From positions 64,001 through 128,000 of IMG/VR virus record IMGVR_UViG_3300035522_000179: 64,000 nucleotides of DNA; one strand, 5' to 3'. The notes beneath the pieces are model-generated. The model did no database searches. It was not told the DNA's origin and was given only the letters and a program-made list of their open reading frames with translations. The first letter of the stretch is position 1, and each line of letters opens with the position of its first letter. Shown here one piece after another: positions 1 to 10,200 of this stretch. The DNA is from a virus (taxonomy: Duplodnaviria; Caudoviricetes). Both the position numbers and the translations under genes were made by a program.

Positions 1-31
1 TATTATTGATATATCATTATTGTGAATTCGA
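1..31 (+). promoter_or_regulatory. Early-type promoter (TATATCAT core at 10-17), duplicated at 1227-1257
   Basis: tattattgatatatcattattgtgaattcga is identical at 1-31 and 1227-1257, and each copy heads an operon. Confidence 0.75.
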
Positions 32-148
32 ATAAATATAACCTTAAGAAAGCTATATTATTCAGAATGAAAGTGAATATCACATCAATCAGAATATCTA
101 GTAGGTTACGAACGATTCTGAAATCTATTAATCATGGAGGAAATGATT

Positions 149-295
149 ATGATTACAGTGGAAACAGGAATGAGCTATGATGACACAAAGAAAATTTTGG
201 ATGAGACCAAGAAAGAAATATTGAACAAAACTCTTCGGAAAATTTTGAAGAAGGACTCAGACAAAAAGGAAACTGACAGTTCATCAAAGAACTAA
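149..295 (+). CDS. Small basic hypothetical protein (48 aa), absent from the ORF track
   Basis: GGAGG RBS at 136-140; reads MITVETGMSYDDTKKILDETKKEIL...SSSKN*. Confidence 0.65.
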   Translation: MITVETGMSYDDTKKILDETKKEILNKTLRKILKKDSDKKETDSSSKN

Positions 296-336
296 ACCAG
301 AACACATTACTTACAAAGAAAGCGAGGAAACAAGTT

Positions 337-795
337 ATGAGAAATGCAAAGTCAAGGTTCGAGAAAAAGTTCCGAAAAGATGTAAAAATCACCACAATCA
401 CTCCTAAGAATTTTACCAAGGTTTCTGGTTCATTCTTCAATGGAGTAAAAGATTCCTTCACTGCTAAGAAACATAGTGATGAGCAATCTCAGAAGCAGGG
501 AGTATTAAACAGCGCACATGATTACTTCTTTAAGCTGAAAGATCTCACTGTTAAGATGACAGTTAAATTCTATGGTCCTGAGCGTGGACAAGAAGTGAAG
601 GCTAATCTGGATAAGTCCATGAGAACATTCTCTGAGATTATCAACTACGAGTATGTGGAGAGTCACCAAAGAGAAGACAGTGAAACAGATCTTTCGGATG
701 CATTTATGGAGTTGATTGGAACCTACGGCGGTCTTACTCAGGAAGAATTCAACAACATCTACATGGAAACCATGCAACGTATTATCTTCGACTAA
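337..795 (+). CDS. Hypothetical early protein
   Basis: 152 aa ORF with GAGG RBS, in operon. Confidence 0.75.
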   Translation: MRNAKSRFEKKFRKDVKITTITPKNFTKVSGSFFNGVKDSFTAKKHSDEQSQKQGVLNSAHDYFFKLKDLTVKMTVKFYGPERGQEVKANLDKSMRTFSEIINYEYVESHQREDSETDLSDAFMELIGTYGGLTQEEFNNIYMETMQRIIFD

Positions 796-815
796 AGAAA
801 GAGAGGAAAAAAGTT

Positions 816-1124
816 ATGGAAACAAATACTATTGATTATGATGTTATGATTGACAAGATCATTGAAACACTCAACACAGTTTGCAAAATAGAGAATCCTT
901 GTTGTTACACAGCAGCTGTGGTAAGATTGCAAGGTATTGGATATGGATTCGAATATATCTATATTGACACTAATGCATTAGGTGATTACAAACTTGCCAA
1001 TTTGAAATCATTCGAGAGTTTGCAGTATCCGATCAAATGCGAAATCATTAGGAAGACTAATCCAAACACCGGAAATGACTGTTATGGACTGGAGTTTTCC
1101 AGAAGTGTCAAGTGGATGTTCTAA
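816..1124 (+). CDS. Hypothetical early protein
   Basis: RBS upstream and terminator downstream. Confidence 0.75.
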   Translation: METNTIDYDVMIDKIIETLNTVCKIENPCCYTAAVVRLQGIGYGFEYIYIDTNALGDYKLANLKSFESLQYPIKCEIIRKTNPNTGNDCYGLEFSRSVKWMF

Positions 1125-1130
1125 AAACGA

Positions 1131-1168
1131 AAGAGGAGCTTGCTGGATTTGGCGGCTCCTCTTTTTTT
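1131..1168 (+). terminator. Rho-independent terminator
   Basis: aagaggagc...gctcctctt stem followed by a T-run. Confidence 0.8.
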
Positions 1169-1226
1169 GTATCTTTTTGTGTGTTCCATGAAATGATAAT
1201 ATTCCTATATGGCGTAAAGTCGTTTT

Positions 1227-1257
1227 TATTATTGATATATCATTATTGTGAATTCGA
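1227..1257 (+). promoter_or_regulatory. Early-type promoter, second copy
   Basis: Identical to 1-31. Confidence 0.75.
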
Positions 1258-1393
1258 ACAAATATAACCTTACAGCAGTTACATTTGATCGAGTTTGATC
1301 TTTACAACTGAATATAGAAACATCTTCGATTGTGATTTACATAGTCGAAGGCAACCAACAAATCGATGGGAGAAACCCAAGGAGGAAATGATT

Positions 1394-1723
1394 ATGAGTA
1401 TTGATGTAAAGGCTGCAAGAAAGAAGTTTGACAAGAAGGTTGACGCTGTTGGTAAGAAGGCTGGTATGAACTATTTCGAGAGAAAGAAGTTTGTGAAGAC
1501 TGCTAACAATTTCTGCTATGACACCGGCGTAAACGTTGCATCTCAGCTGATCGTTGATGGTGCAGAGACCACTGCATACTATGCAGGTAGATTGGCTTTC
1601 ACTGCTGTATCCACGGGAGTTCGTGGAGTGAAGGCTGGAGCAAAAGGAGTTGCAAATACTTGCCGTAAGATTACTGGTAAGAACTCCGGGGAAGTTGATC
1701 AGCTCGAAGACGATGATCAGTAA
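1394..1723 (+). CDS. Hypothetical protein, paralog of the N-terminus of 2152-3168
   Basis: GGAGG RBS at 1381; shares GKKAGMNYFERKK and YDTGVNV.SQLIVDG. Confidence 0.8.
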   Translation: MSIDVKAARKKFDKKVDAVGKKAGMNYFERKKFVKTANNFCYDTGVNVASQLIVDGAETTAYYAGRLAFTAVSTGVRGVKAGAKGVANTCRKITGKNSGEVDQLEDDDQ

Positions 1724-1807
1724 TTTTCTATGCTCCAAAACTGCGAGGGGTGATGAGTTGATTCATTGCCCCTCATTACAACTGAATATCGAAAGGGAGG
1801 TGATCAC

Positions 1808-2047
1808 ATGAAACTTTTCCAGGTTTTCAAAAGAGGAAAAGTCAAGTGTGAAGAAAAACATCCTCACACTTGCACTGGTTCTATTGAATGTGCTGAATCA
1901 CTGTCTGGGTTAGCAATACCAAATTTATCGGACGCTGAAGATTTAGACAAATTCATGGAACTGTTTTCCATCTATCTTTCCGCAGAAGTGCAAGCAATGA
2001 TTGCAACAGGAAAGATCAGTATTAAAGTAGCGGATTCACCGGTATAA
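1808..2047 (+). CDS. Hypothetical protein
   Basis: GGAGGTGA RBS before ATG at 1808. Confidence 0.7.
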   Translation: MKLFQVFKRGKVKCEEKHPHTCTGSIECAESLSGLAIPNLSDAEDLDKFMELFSIYLSAEVQAMIATGKISIKVADSPV

Positions 2048-2151
2048 AAACCGTGAATTATAACCGACCCACAATTTCATATGGAACTTCTTCGATTATA
2101 AAAACTTAATCGGAGGCAAAAATTTAATAGTAACCAAAGGAGGAAAAGGTT

Positions 2152-3168
2152 ATGAGCGTAATCACAATTAAGAAGGTTGACAAGAAGGTTGATTCATTCG
2201 GTAAGAAGGCTGGTATGAACTATTTCGAGAGAAAGAAGTTGGTGAAGACAGTTCATCGTTTTGGCTATGATACCGGTGTAAACGTTACATCTCAGCTGAT
2301 TGTTGACGGCATCGAGACAACAGTTTACCACACTGGCAAGCTTGCAATTTCCCTGGCTAAGACTGGTGGTAAGGGAATCAAGGCTGGAGCATCCAATGTG
2401 GCTAAGATCGCTGGAGAGACTACCGGAAAGATCAAGACCAAGATCAGTAAGAAGGAAGAGGTTGAAGAAGAGATTCCTGCAATCGTTGAAGTTGATCTTG
2501 AAGACCAGGTTGAATCTCAGGAATCCAGTGATGGATCTGACACTTCTGCAGAGAAGACTTCCAACAAGAAGACTCACGCGGAACTTGTTGCAGCATTAGG
2601 AATGTCCATCAGTCGGATGAGAATTATGACTGAATCATTTGCAAATGTTGTACTTGACATGCTTGGAATTGTTGATGAGGAGGCTTCCAAAATATACCAC
2701 GACGCTATGTTGGATGAGTTGGATGACACTATTCTGGAGGTGGCTGGAGTTGATGACTTTGCAAAAATCTTTGCTTTAACTGATGAGAAACTTGATGAAA
2801 TGAATGAAGAATTGAGATCCAGTACGGATGATGCAATAGATTCCATGATGGATTTACCCAATACCTCCAAGCGTGTTAAAAATGAACTGATGATGGAGAT
2901 GGCAGATATTTTAGCTAATCATGGAATCAACATCAACGACGTCATCACAAAGACTCCGGAAACCGAGCAGACAGCAGAGCAGGTTGATGAAGTTGTAGAG
3001 GAGAAGACGATCGAAGAGGAAGTTGGTCCGGAGCAGATTGTTTGTACTGCAAACAGCACTGAGGAGCTCAACGCAAAGGATCCGATCCTGAAGGAGACCA
3101 TGAGCAAGCCTCAGGCAGAAGCACCGAAGACTTCCAACAAGAAGGCTCAGACTTCTAAGAAGAAGTAA
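2152..3168 (+). CDS. Hypothetical acidic protein with an N-terminal domain paralogous to 1394-1723
   Basis: GGAGG RBS, 338 aa ORF, terminator follows. Confidence 0.85.
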   Translation: MSVITIKKVDKKVDSFGKKAGMNYFERKKLVKTVHRFGYDTGVNVTSQLIVDGIETTVYHTGKLAISLAKTGGKGIKAGASNVAKIAGETTGKIKTKISKKEEVEEEIPAIVEVDLEDQVESQESSDGSDTSAEKTSNKKTHAELVAALGMSISRMRIMTESFANVVLDMLGIVDEEASKIYHDAMLDELDDTILEVAGVDDFAKIFALTDEKLDEMNEELRSSTDDAIDSMMDLPNTSKRVKNELMMEMADILANHGININDVITKTPETEQTAEQVDEVVEEKTIEEEVGPEQIVCTANSTEELNAKDPILKETMSKPQAEAPKTSNKKAQTSKKK

Positions 3169-3191
3169 TTAGTTGCGTAATAGCAACAACG

Positions 3192-3228
3192 AGAAGCTGT
3201 GGGTTTTCCACCACAGCTTCTTTTTTTG
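3192..3228. terminator. Terminator between convergent genes
   Basis: agaagctgtgg...ccacagcttct stem with a T-run. Confidence 0.8.
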
Positions 3229-4455
3229 TTATCCTTCATATCCAGCAGGATAAATACTGGTAAATCCAAATTTGTTTTCATCGATCTTTTTATTCAGTGC
3301 AAGCATTTGAAGTCGATCCATTCTCTCTTTGTATGCTAACAGGTATTCCATAGAATGAGGAACTTCATATTTTTTTGCATATTTCGGATTGTTTAAAATA
3401 TCAATGTAATACTGAGCCGTATCCTGTTTGCTTCGAATATAAGATAAAATCAGAAGTTTATCATCATGACTCTTAATCTTATCAATCTCCACGGCGATAT
3501 AATCGATATCATAATTACTTAATTTCTTCAGTTTCTTTTTAGAAAAGAAAAATTCCGTGTAATAAGAATCAACAATATCATTTGCTCTTTCACAAGTAAT
3601 TTTCATTTGCATGGAATCAGTTGTAACAGAAGTATCATTACACCCTTCCGTGTAAATACTCCTTGCATTTCTAATCCATCCTCCAATGTAATCACTGGGT
3701 GCATTCATAAGTAGCTTATCAAAGATTCTCTGATTCAATCTTCCTTTGCGATATCTGAAGTTATTTACAATCTCTTCTGATAATTGTACACAGTTTTTCA
3801 TAGAGGTCTCTTTGTCACTGAACCGATCAATAAACTTATTTAACACGGAAGTTAATTCTGCATTGTACCCAAGTTGAGAAGCAAATTTATCAGCAGCGAT
3901 TTCTCTCTTGATATCCTTTGCAGAAAAGGTACAGGTATCCATAATCGGTAAAGAAAGGATTCCTTTAAACCGATCAGAATTTAAGATTTTCTTTACTCCC
4001 GTTTCCATCTGAGCATACTCGTATTTTAATACGTTCACAATTCGAGTAGGAACAGAATTATTGTCGATCACATGACCAATCTCATGAAGAAGCAAAGCGG
4101 TCAGTTCTCTTGGAGAAATCGTAACGATGGAATCATCCAAAATTCTTCGGTCAATTTCTATGTACCAAGAAGTATTTTTACTCCAGATCTCATGAATCAT
4201 ATTTACCGGTTCTTCTTTTACTATGGAGTTTACGATCTTATCCATGGTAGAAGTTTCCGGAAAGACACTCATTACAAAGCAAGGGTCTGATTTTTTCACA
4301 TTCGTCATGACTTTGATAGAGAATGTCTGATTAAAGATTTCTTTCAAATATCTTTCAATCTCTCTAAGTGGTACGGTATCATTTATATTCTTCTTTAAAG
4401 AAGAAAACGCCTCATCGATTTTCGCGAGACGGATTTTCTTAGCTTCTGCATTCAT
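3229..4455 (-). CDS. Zincin-like metalloprotease domain protein, probably virion-associated
   Basis: LLHEIGH (HEXXH) plus downstream EIAADKFA; late-type promoter upstream. Confidence 0.7.
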   Translation of the reverse strand: MNAEAKKIRLAKIDEAFSSLKKNINDTVPLREIERYLKEIFNQTFSIKVMTNVKKSDPCFVMSVFPETSTMDKIVNSIVKEEPVNMIHEIWSKNTSWYIEIDRRILDDSIVTISPRELTALLLHEIGHVIDNNSVPTRIVNVLKYEYAQMETGVKKILNSDRFKGILSLPIMDTCTFSAKDIKREIAADKFASQLGYNAELTSVLNKFIDRFSDKETSMKNCVQLSEEIVNNFRYRKGRLNQRIFDKLLMNAPSDYIGGWIRNARSIYTEGCNDTSVTTDSMQMKITCERANDIVDSYYTEFFFSKKKLKKLSNYDIDYIAVEIDKIKSHDDKLLILSYIRSKQDTAQYYIDILNNPKYAKKYEVPHSMEYLLAYKERMDRLQMLALNKKIDENKFGFTSIYPAGYEG

Positions 4456-4480
4456 TCGTTTTTCACCGACCTTTCCAATA

Positions 4481-4493
4481 TTAACAGATTGTT
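4481..4493 (-). promoter_or_regulatory. Late-type promoter AACA-N6-TAA
   Basis: Minus strand reads aaca atctgt taa. Confidence 0.65.
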
Positions 4494-4523
4494 TTTTCCA
4501 TTAGAATAAGGAAAATTTAAACA

Positions 4524-4531
4524 TATATTAT
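4524..4531 (+). promoter_or_regulatory. Early-type promoter core TATATTAT
   Basis: Lies upstream of the 4612-5835 operon. Confidence 0.6.
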
Positions 4532-4611
4532 TTTTATAGATAAATACACGAGGTTTTGACTGAAAACTTATGTTTTTATTCACAATTTATTAGGAGAAAG
4601 GGGAGTTAGAA

Positions 4612-4737
4612 ATGAAGAAAAAGAAGTATAGTGATAAGTATGAAAACTTCAATATCTCAGAAGCTTTGGAGAAGTTGCTCTCAAAAAGAAGAGCGAAAGA
4701 AGATACCAAGAATCTTTGGAACAAAAAGAAAAAGTGA
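4612..4737 (+). CDS. Small lysine-rich protein (41 aa), absent from the ORF track
   Basis: GGGGAG RBS; MKKKKYSDKYENFNISEALEKLLSKRRAKEDTKNLWNKKKK*. Confidence 0.55.
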   Translation: MKKKKYSDKYENFNISEALEKLLSKRRAKEDTKNLWNKKKK

Positions 4738-4785
4738 TTGTAAAGGGAAACCTTTTCAATAGATTTTATTAAGGAGGAGAAAGAA

Positions 4786-5382
4786 ATGACAGAAACAGGT
4801 ATTTCAGAAGCATTGAATGATCTGGCTGATGAAGTAGTTCAAGAAAGAATGAAAGATATGCTAGATGAAGAATATGCAAATGACACGAAGAAAAAGAATC
4901 GTTTTAACCGTGAAGTCTTCAATAAGTTCCTTGTTACTGCGGCAAGTGATCCGAATTTCACTGCTTATGTAGCGCGTATAAAAAAGGGCGAATTTCAGGG
5001 TTACCAAGATATTGCTGTAGGAAAAGAGTTCCGCAAGTGGATAAGAAATCTGGTTGAAAAAGCAGGAGTTGATCCGGTAGAATCTGTGATTGTGGAAAAT
5101 GAAGATTTCCCTATTGGAAAAATGGATTGGATGTATGATTTCTTTGCAGAGGTTCTTTGGTTATACCTTCAGACATATCGGTTTGAACTTCCTAAGAAAG
5201 AAGGATTTGAAGCGATCTTGGAGTTACGAGATGTTCCGGGAGGTACGAAAGTATCTAAGAGTAAGAAACCTGGAACTTCCGAAGTCATTGGAACCTTTGA
5301 GATTACAAAGCAACCGCATAAGACCCTGGCGGTAAAGAGCCGTTGCCCTAGTTATTTAACATCAAGAAGAAAGGTGGATTAA
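4786..5382 (+). CDS. Hypothetical protein, possibly DNA-binding
   Basis: AAGGAGG RBS; the basic C-terminal beta-hairpin only weakly recalls an HU arm. Confidence 0.6.
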   Translation: MTETGISEALNDLADEVVQERMKDMLDEEYANDTKKKNRFNREVFNKFLVTAASDPNFTAYVARIKKGEFQGYQDIAVGKEFRKWIRNLVEKAGVDPVESVIVENEDFPIGKMDWMYDFFAEVLWLYLQTYRFELPKKEGFEAILELRDVPGGTKVSKSKKPGTSEVIGTFEITKQPHKTLAVKSRCPSYLTSRRKVD

Positions 5383-5385
5383 TTT

Positions 5386-5835
5386 ATGTTTGAATTCCTT
5401 CGTCCACGTAAACGTGTTGTAATTCGCGTTACAAATATAGGATTACTCCCTGTTAAAAGTGAGAATGGTGACTGGTACGATTTAAAGTGTGGTCAGGCGA
5501 TAGTACTTAAGAAAGGAGAACGTGTAGACATTCCTATGGGAGTTGCAATGAGGCTTCCCAAAGGATATGAAGCAATCGTTCTTCCTAGATCTTCCACCTG
5601 CCGAAAATTAAATATCGTAATGGAGAATTCCATGGGAGTTATCGACAATTCCTACAACGGAAATGAAGATATCTGGAGATTCCGTGCATATGCTTTGGAG
5701 GATACTGTGATTCCTTACAAAGCAAGAATTGCACAGTTCAGGATTCAGAAGAATCAACCGAAACTTCAGTTTCGTGTAGTAAAATCCCTCAGCAGAAAAT
5801 CCCGCGGTGGATTTGGAACGAGTGGATTGTTTTAA
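5386..5835 (+). CDS. dut: Trimeric dUTPase
   Basis: Motifs YDL, PRSS, GVIDNSYNG, RIAQ and C-terminal RGGFGTSG. Confidence 0.95.
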   Translation: MFEFLRPRKRVVIRVTNIGLLPVKSENGDWYDLKCGQAIVLKKGERVDIPMGVAMRLPKGYEAIVLPRSSTCRKLNIVMENSMGVIDNSYNGNEDIWRFRAYALEDTVIPYKARIAQFRIQKNQPKLQFRVVKSLSRKSRGGFGTSGLF

Positions 5836-5840
5836 CCTTT

Positions 5841-5883
5841 AAAGAAACTAGATACGATTTTATTCGTATCTAGTTTCTTTTTT
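5841..5883. terminator. Bidirectional terminator
   Basis: aaagaaactagatacga...tcgtatctagtttcttt between convergent genes. Confidence 0.8.
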
Positions 5884-7132
5884 ATTCTAATTTGAAAATT
5901 TTTGAAATCAAGTTGTTAATCGTTTCTGGGCTAATACATATCATAATCGTATAAGTAAAGAATCCAAAATCTTCATTGAGGAATTGAATTTCAAAGTTAT
6001 TGAAGTCAACTTTAAATTCTGTTTCGGGATTCATAAATCTTCCCTGTTCTCGAATCTTAATATCTATAATTTCTCCTAAGTAATATCCTTTTTCTACGTA
6101 ATGATTTACGGCAGCGATAATCGATGGTGATAACATGGATTTGAAATTGATCGTATCATGCACTTTTCCCAATCGACAAGTTGCTCGATTATACTGGCAC
6201 CATCCCGTCTTCAATTGCCAATCTTCTCGTAATAACACATCGGTGTAAATTGGAATAATCGAACTATCATCCGGAAGACTTGGCTTCTTAATCTTAAATA
6301 CCTTATCCGAAAATAAGAAATAAAATCCTGTGGAATAAAACTCCATCTTGATGGTCATTGTGATACGATAATCATCACTGATCTGTCCACTTCGTTCTCC
6401 ATCATCTACATCCATATTCTGAACCGTTGTAATTACTTTAGCAGGATAATAACGATAGAACTCTTTGGAGTTTGTGCTTCCTTGTAATTTGTAAGTAACT
6501 GGTGTATTGGAGTGTTGATTCATATAAGAAAGAAACGGTTTTATTGATCCATCTCTCTCAATCGGAACGCCAGACAACTCAGAAATCATTTCCATTAGTT
6601 CTACCGAAAGATAACTCTCAAAACAAGTATCCAAATCAAACGGAGAATTTAATGGTAAGGAATTCTTTAAAAATGTTGCATAATCCAATTGTTGCATCAG
6701 TGTAGCAAATACCATAATAACATCAATATACATCACTGTTCGATTCATCTGATACTTAATTGCAACCTTGTTCTCTCGATCAAAAAAGAAGGGTTGTAAT
6801 CCATCTCTTCCAAAATTAATTTGGTTATAGATGAGTCGGTCGGTTAAAGGAGTTCCTTGTAAAAAACGATCCTCTTGGAAGTCAACTCTCGGTCGAATTG
6901 CAAGGATTGGCTTTGTATTTTTACTAATCTCTTTCGGAGTTCTTCGAAGTTGCATATGAGCAATCTTAGAACTGACGTTAATGGATCGAAAAATGCTATC
7001 TCCGTTATCTCTTTTTGGGAATAGATCAATCAACCATTTTTGTATAAATGCAACGGCATTACCGTAGGTATGAGCACTTGAGGACATCATCTGAAGATAT
7101 TTCACTGGATGATTTTTTTCTTGTTCTTCCAT
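5882..7132 (-). CDS. Probable virion structural protein; start reassigned to 7132
   Basis: AAAGGA RBS and GACA-N6-TAA at 7156-7168 precede ATG at 7132; divergent from the tape measure gene. Confidence 0.6.
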   Translation of the reverse strand: MEEQEKNHPVKYLQMMSSSAHTYGNAVAFIQKWLIDLFPKRDNGDSIFRSINVSSKIAHMQLRRTPKEISKNTKPILAIRPRVDFQEDRFLQGTPLTDRLIYNQINFGRDGLQPFFFDRENKVAIKYQMNRTVMYIDVIMVFATLMQQLDYATFLKNSLPLNSPFDLDTCFESYLSVELMEMISELSGVPIERDGSIKPFLSYMNQHSNTPVTYKLQGSTNSKEFYRYYPAKVITTVQNMDVDDGERSGQISDDYRITMTIKMEFYSTGFYFLFSDKVFKIKKPSLPDDSSIIPIYTDVLLREDWQLKTGWCQYNRATCRLGKVHDTINFKSMLSPSIIAAVNHYVEKGYYLGEIIDIKIREQGRFMNPETEFKVDFNNFEIQFLNEDFGFFTYTIMICISPETINNLISKIFKLE

Positions 7133-7212
7133 ACTTTTTACGTCCTTTCTTTTCTTTAACATATTGTCGTTTTCCGAAATAAAAAAGAGAATACCATGAT
7201 TTTTAGGCAAAA

Positions 7213-7225
7213 AACAATTTGTTAA
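7213..7225 (+). promoter_or_regulatory. Late-type promoter AACA-N6-TAA
   Basis: aaca atttgt taa before the tape measure gene. Confidence 0.7.
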
Positions 7226-7257
7226 TACTTCACAGAAGGGAAGTGAAAAGAAATATT

Positions 7258-10200
7258 ATGGCGGGTAATAAAAGAGAAATCAAACCCACTGATAGTTATC
7301 AAACTCGCTCTTTTAAGCTAAATGCGCAATGGCTTAAAAACGCGACAAAATCAATTGGATCAAACGCTGCAGAAGTTTTATCTGACGTTACTCCAAGTTT
7401 GTATAGTGCCGCTTCCACTTCAGCTGATATTGTACGCTCCATAAAAGGAAGTAGTGCAACATCAAAGAATGTAAAGAAACTGATCGATAATAATACCTAT
7501 GTGAAGAATGCCAGAAAAGCAATCTCAAATGCTTTTAAGGATTTATCCACAGGTAATTTTAACAACACGGATCGATTCGGTGATGTAGATGATGGAAAGT
7601 CACACACTTATATGTCTGACTTTGATGACGGTGCTGAGGGAGAAGGAAGTAATCAAACAGTTATTAATTTTAATCCCGAAGGATTAAATTCGATCAATAG
7701 TTCAATCAATAATCAAACGAAAGCACAGCTGCAAGCAGCAAAAGCAAATGCAGATATCGTAGTAGCAACATCGTCAGCAATGATGACGATGAATCAAAAG
7801 AATGCAGAAGCTACTCTGAATATGCTTTCGAATATCAACAATGGAATTCAGGCGTTAGTAAAATACAATAATGATACCATGACGAACTTTATCCAAAGTA
7901 GCATGGGATTTTACGACGCGATTGGGAAAGCATATACTTCGAATAAAAACGATAAGAAAAACGATGAAGATAAGAGACTTGGATTTAAAGACATCCTCGA
8001 TGCCAACGGAAATTTAAAAGGAAAAGACTTAGTAAAATTATTAGGTCAGAATACCAAAGATGCGTTTAATACATCTATGGTTGGTACTTTGAAAACCATG
8101 TTGGATACCGGAATGGATAATATCGTTTCCAATCCGTTGAATGTTATATCAACGGTTTTGATGAAGAAGATCCTTCCTGAAAAAATTGAGAAGTCCATGA
8201 AGAGTTTGGATAAAACATTCGCTTCATTCACAACGGAAATGCTTTTGAAAGCATCCGATTATTTTGATAATCTGGATGATGGACCATTAGCTCAGTTTGG
8301 AGGATTTCTTGGAAAATCATTAAATATTGGAACCGATCGAAAGAGTAAATTTAAAACCGGCGGAAAAGTAACAAAAGATGCTGCTGTTTTTGATGGAATT
8401 ACACAACACGCAATCACAACGGAAATCCCGAAGTATTTAAGAGAAAGCACATCGTATTTGAGGCAGTTGGTTGCGTTAAATGGTGGTGATCCAGATAAGG
8501 CTTTAAAGAACTCTGAAATTTTCAATCGTGAAACAGGTACTTTCGATAAGTATGGAGAGTACATGAAAGATATGATGGGTTCGATTAATGAATCGATTAT
8601 CAATACTTTCAACGATAGTGAACTTGGAAAGAATTTAACGAAAGTCTTAAACAGCAATGTCATCGGTAATAATGACAAAGAGTCTTTTCAGGAGTTGATC
8701 AATAAATTCTATCTTGCAATGGAAAAAGATGATAGAAAAGTACTTGATATCAACCGTGGAAAAGATATTTCAGATATCATTGATGGAATTGCTGGAAATA
8801 GTAAATTGAAGGATATTCTGGAGGAGTCCGTTTATTCTGCGATTGACTTAGGAGAAGGAAACCTTGGTGTGAACTCCATTCGTCATAAAGCAAGAAGTAG
8901 CCGTAATGACAGAATCGAGGAATTGGAAACCAATAATCTTTCGGATCTTTCTACCTTTGTAAAGAACGGTAATACCATTGACGATGCGATCGCTGCTGTC
9001 CTTTATGGTGATGATGGAAGAGCGACCCAAGCACAGAATGTCAATCCAAATTCTGTTATGGGTCATTTGAAATCTATCGAAGACTTACTTTACAGAGGTA
9101 TCAATGTAAAGGTAGTAAAAGACTTTGGAGATACAAATGGTATTTTTGATCTTTTTGGATCCAGAAGAAACAATTCGACTCAGACAACGGATTCTACCAC
9201 TCCGCAATCGAATGATTCTGATTCGAAACTGGATGAGAGTGCAATCAAAGATGTATTAGCTGCAGAGGAATCCAACGGAAGCAATGATGGGAATACTTCA
9301 AGATTTATACAAGACAATTCCAAACGATTAAAGAACATGATGCATTTCATGATCACTGGAAACACAGGTCTTGCTTATAAAGAAATGGGTGGTATGTTTG
9401 GAAGTACCATCTCAAATCTTGGATCGAAATTAAACAATTCTGTTTTGGAACCTCTAAAGAAGAAAATCTTTGGAGATAAAAAAGAGGACGAGAACGGTGA
9501 AAAAGAAGAGAGCATCTTTGAAGGAGTAAAACGGGTCTTCAATAATGTGAAGAAAGAAACCCATGATTTCATTTTCGGAAGCAAAGAAGAAGGAAATGAA
9601 AAAGAGGGTATCGTTCAAAAAGGTGCTTCTTTATTCAAAGAAGGATTTGAAGGTTGGAAACTTGCTATCTTTGGAAGTGATGATGAAGCACAGAAATTCA
9701 AAGAAAAAGCTCAGAAGACTTTAAAAGACCGTGCAAAGAGTACCGGAATGGGTGCAGTCGCTGGTGCAGGTCTTGGAGTCACCATGGGTGGTGTTCTTGG
9801 AAATCTTGTTGGTGGTCCTTTAGCTGGAGCAGTTCTTGGTGCTGCTACTGGATTTATCTCGAAGTCATCAAAATTTCAGGAGATCGTTTTCGGTAGGGAA
9901 TCTGATGGTCAAGGTGGATTCAAAGATGGCGAAGATGAAAATGCTGGAATTATAAATAAGAAAACAAGAGAGTTCTTTAAAAATAACAAAACCGATTTCA
10001 TCGGTGGTGGTGTAGTTGGTGCTGGTCTTGGTGCACTGACTGGTGGAGGACTTCTTGGTACTTTGGTCGGTGGTCCCGTAGCTGGTGCTTTGATGGGAAC
10101 GGCTGTCCAGATGGTAAGAAAATCGAGTGCCTTCCAGGATATGTGGCTTGGTAAGGAAGATGAAGAAGGTAAACGTTCCGGTGGTATGAAGGAACGCCTT

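Noticed and set aside
1730-1800. tRNA in GC-richer intergenic hairpins
   Set aside because: Single stem-loops without a cloverleaf, T-loop or CCA. No tRNA was recognised anywhere in the window.
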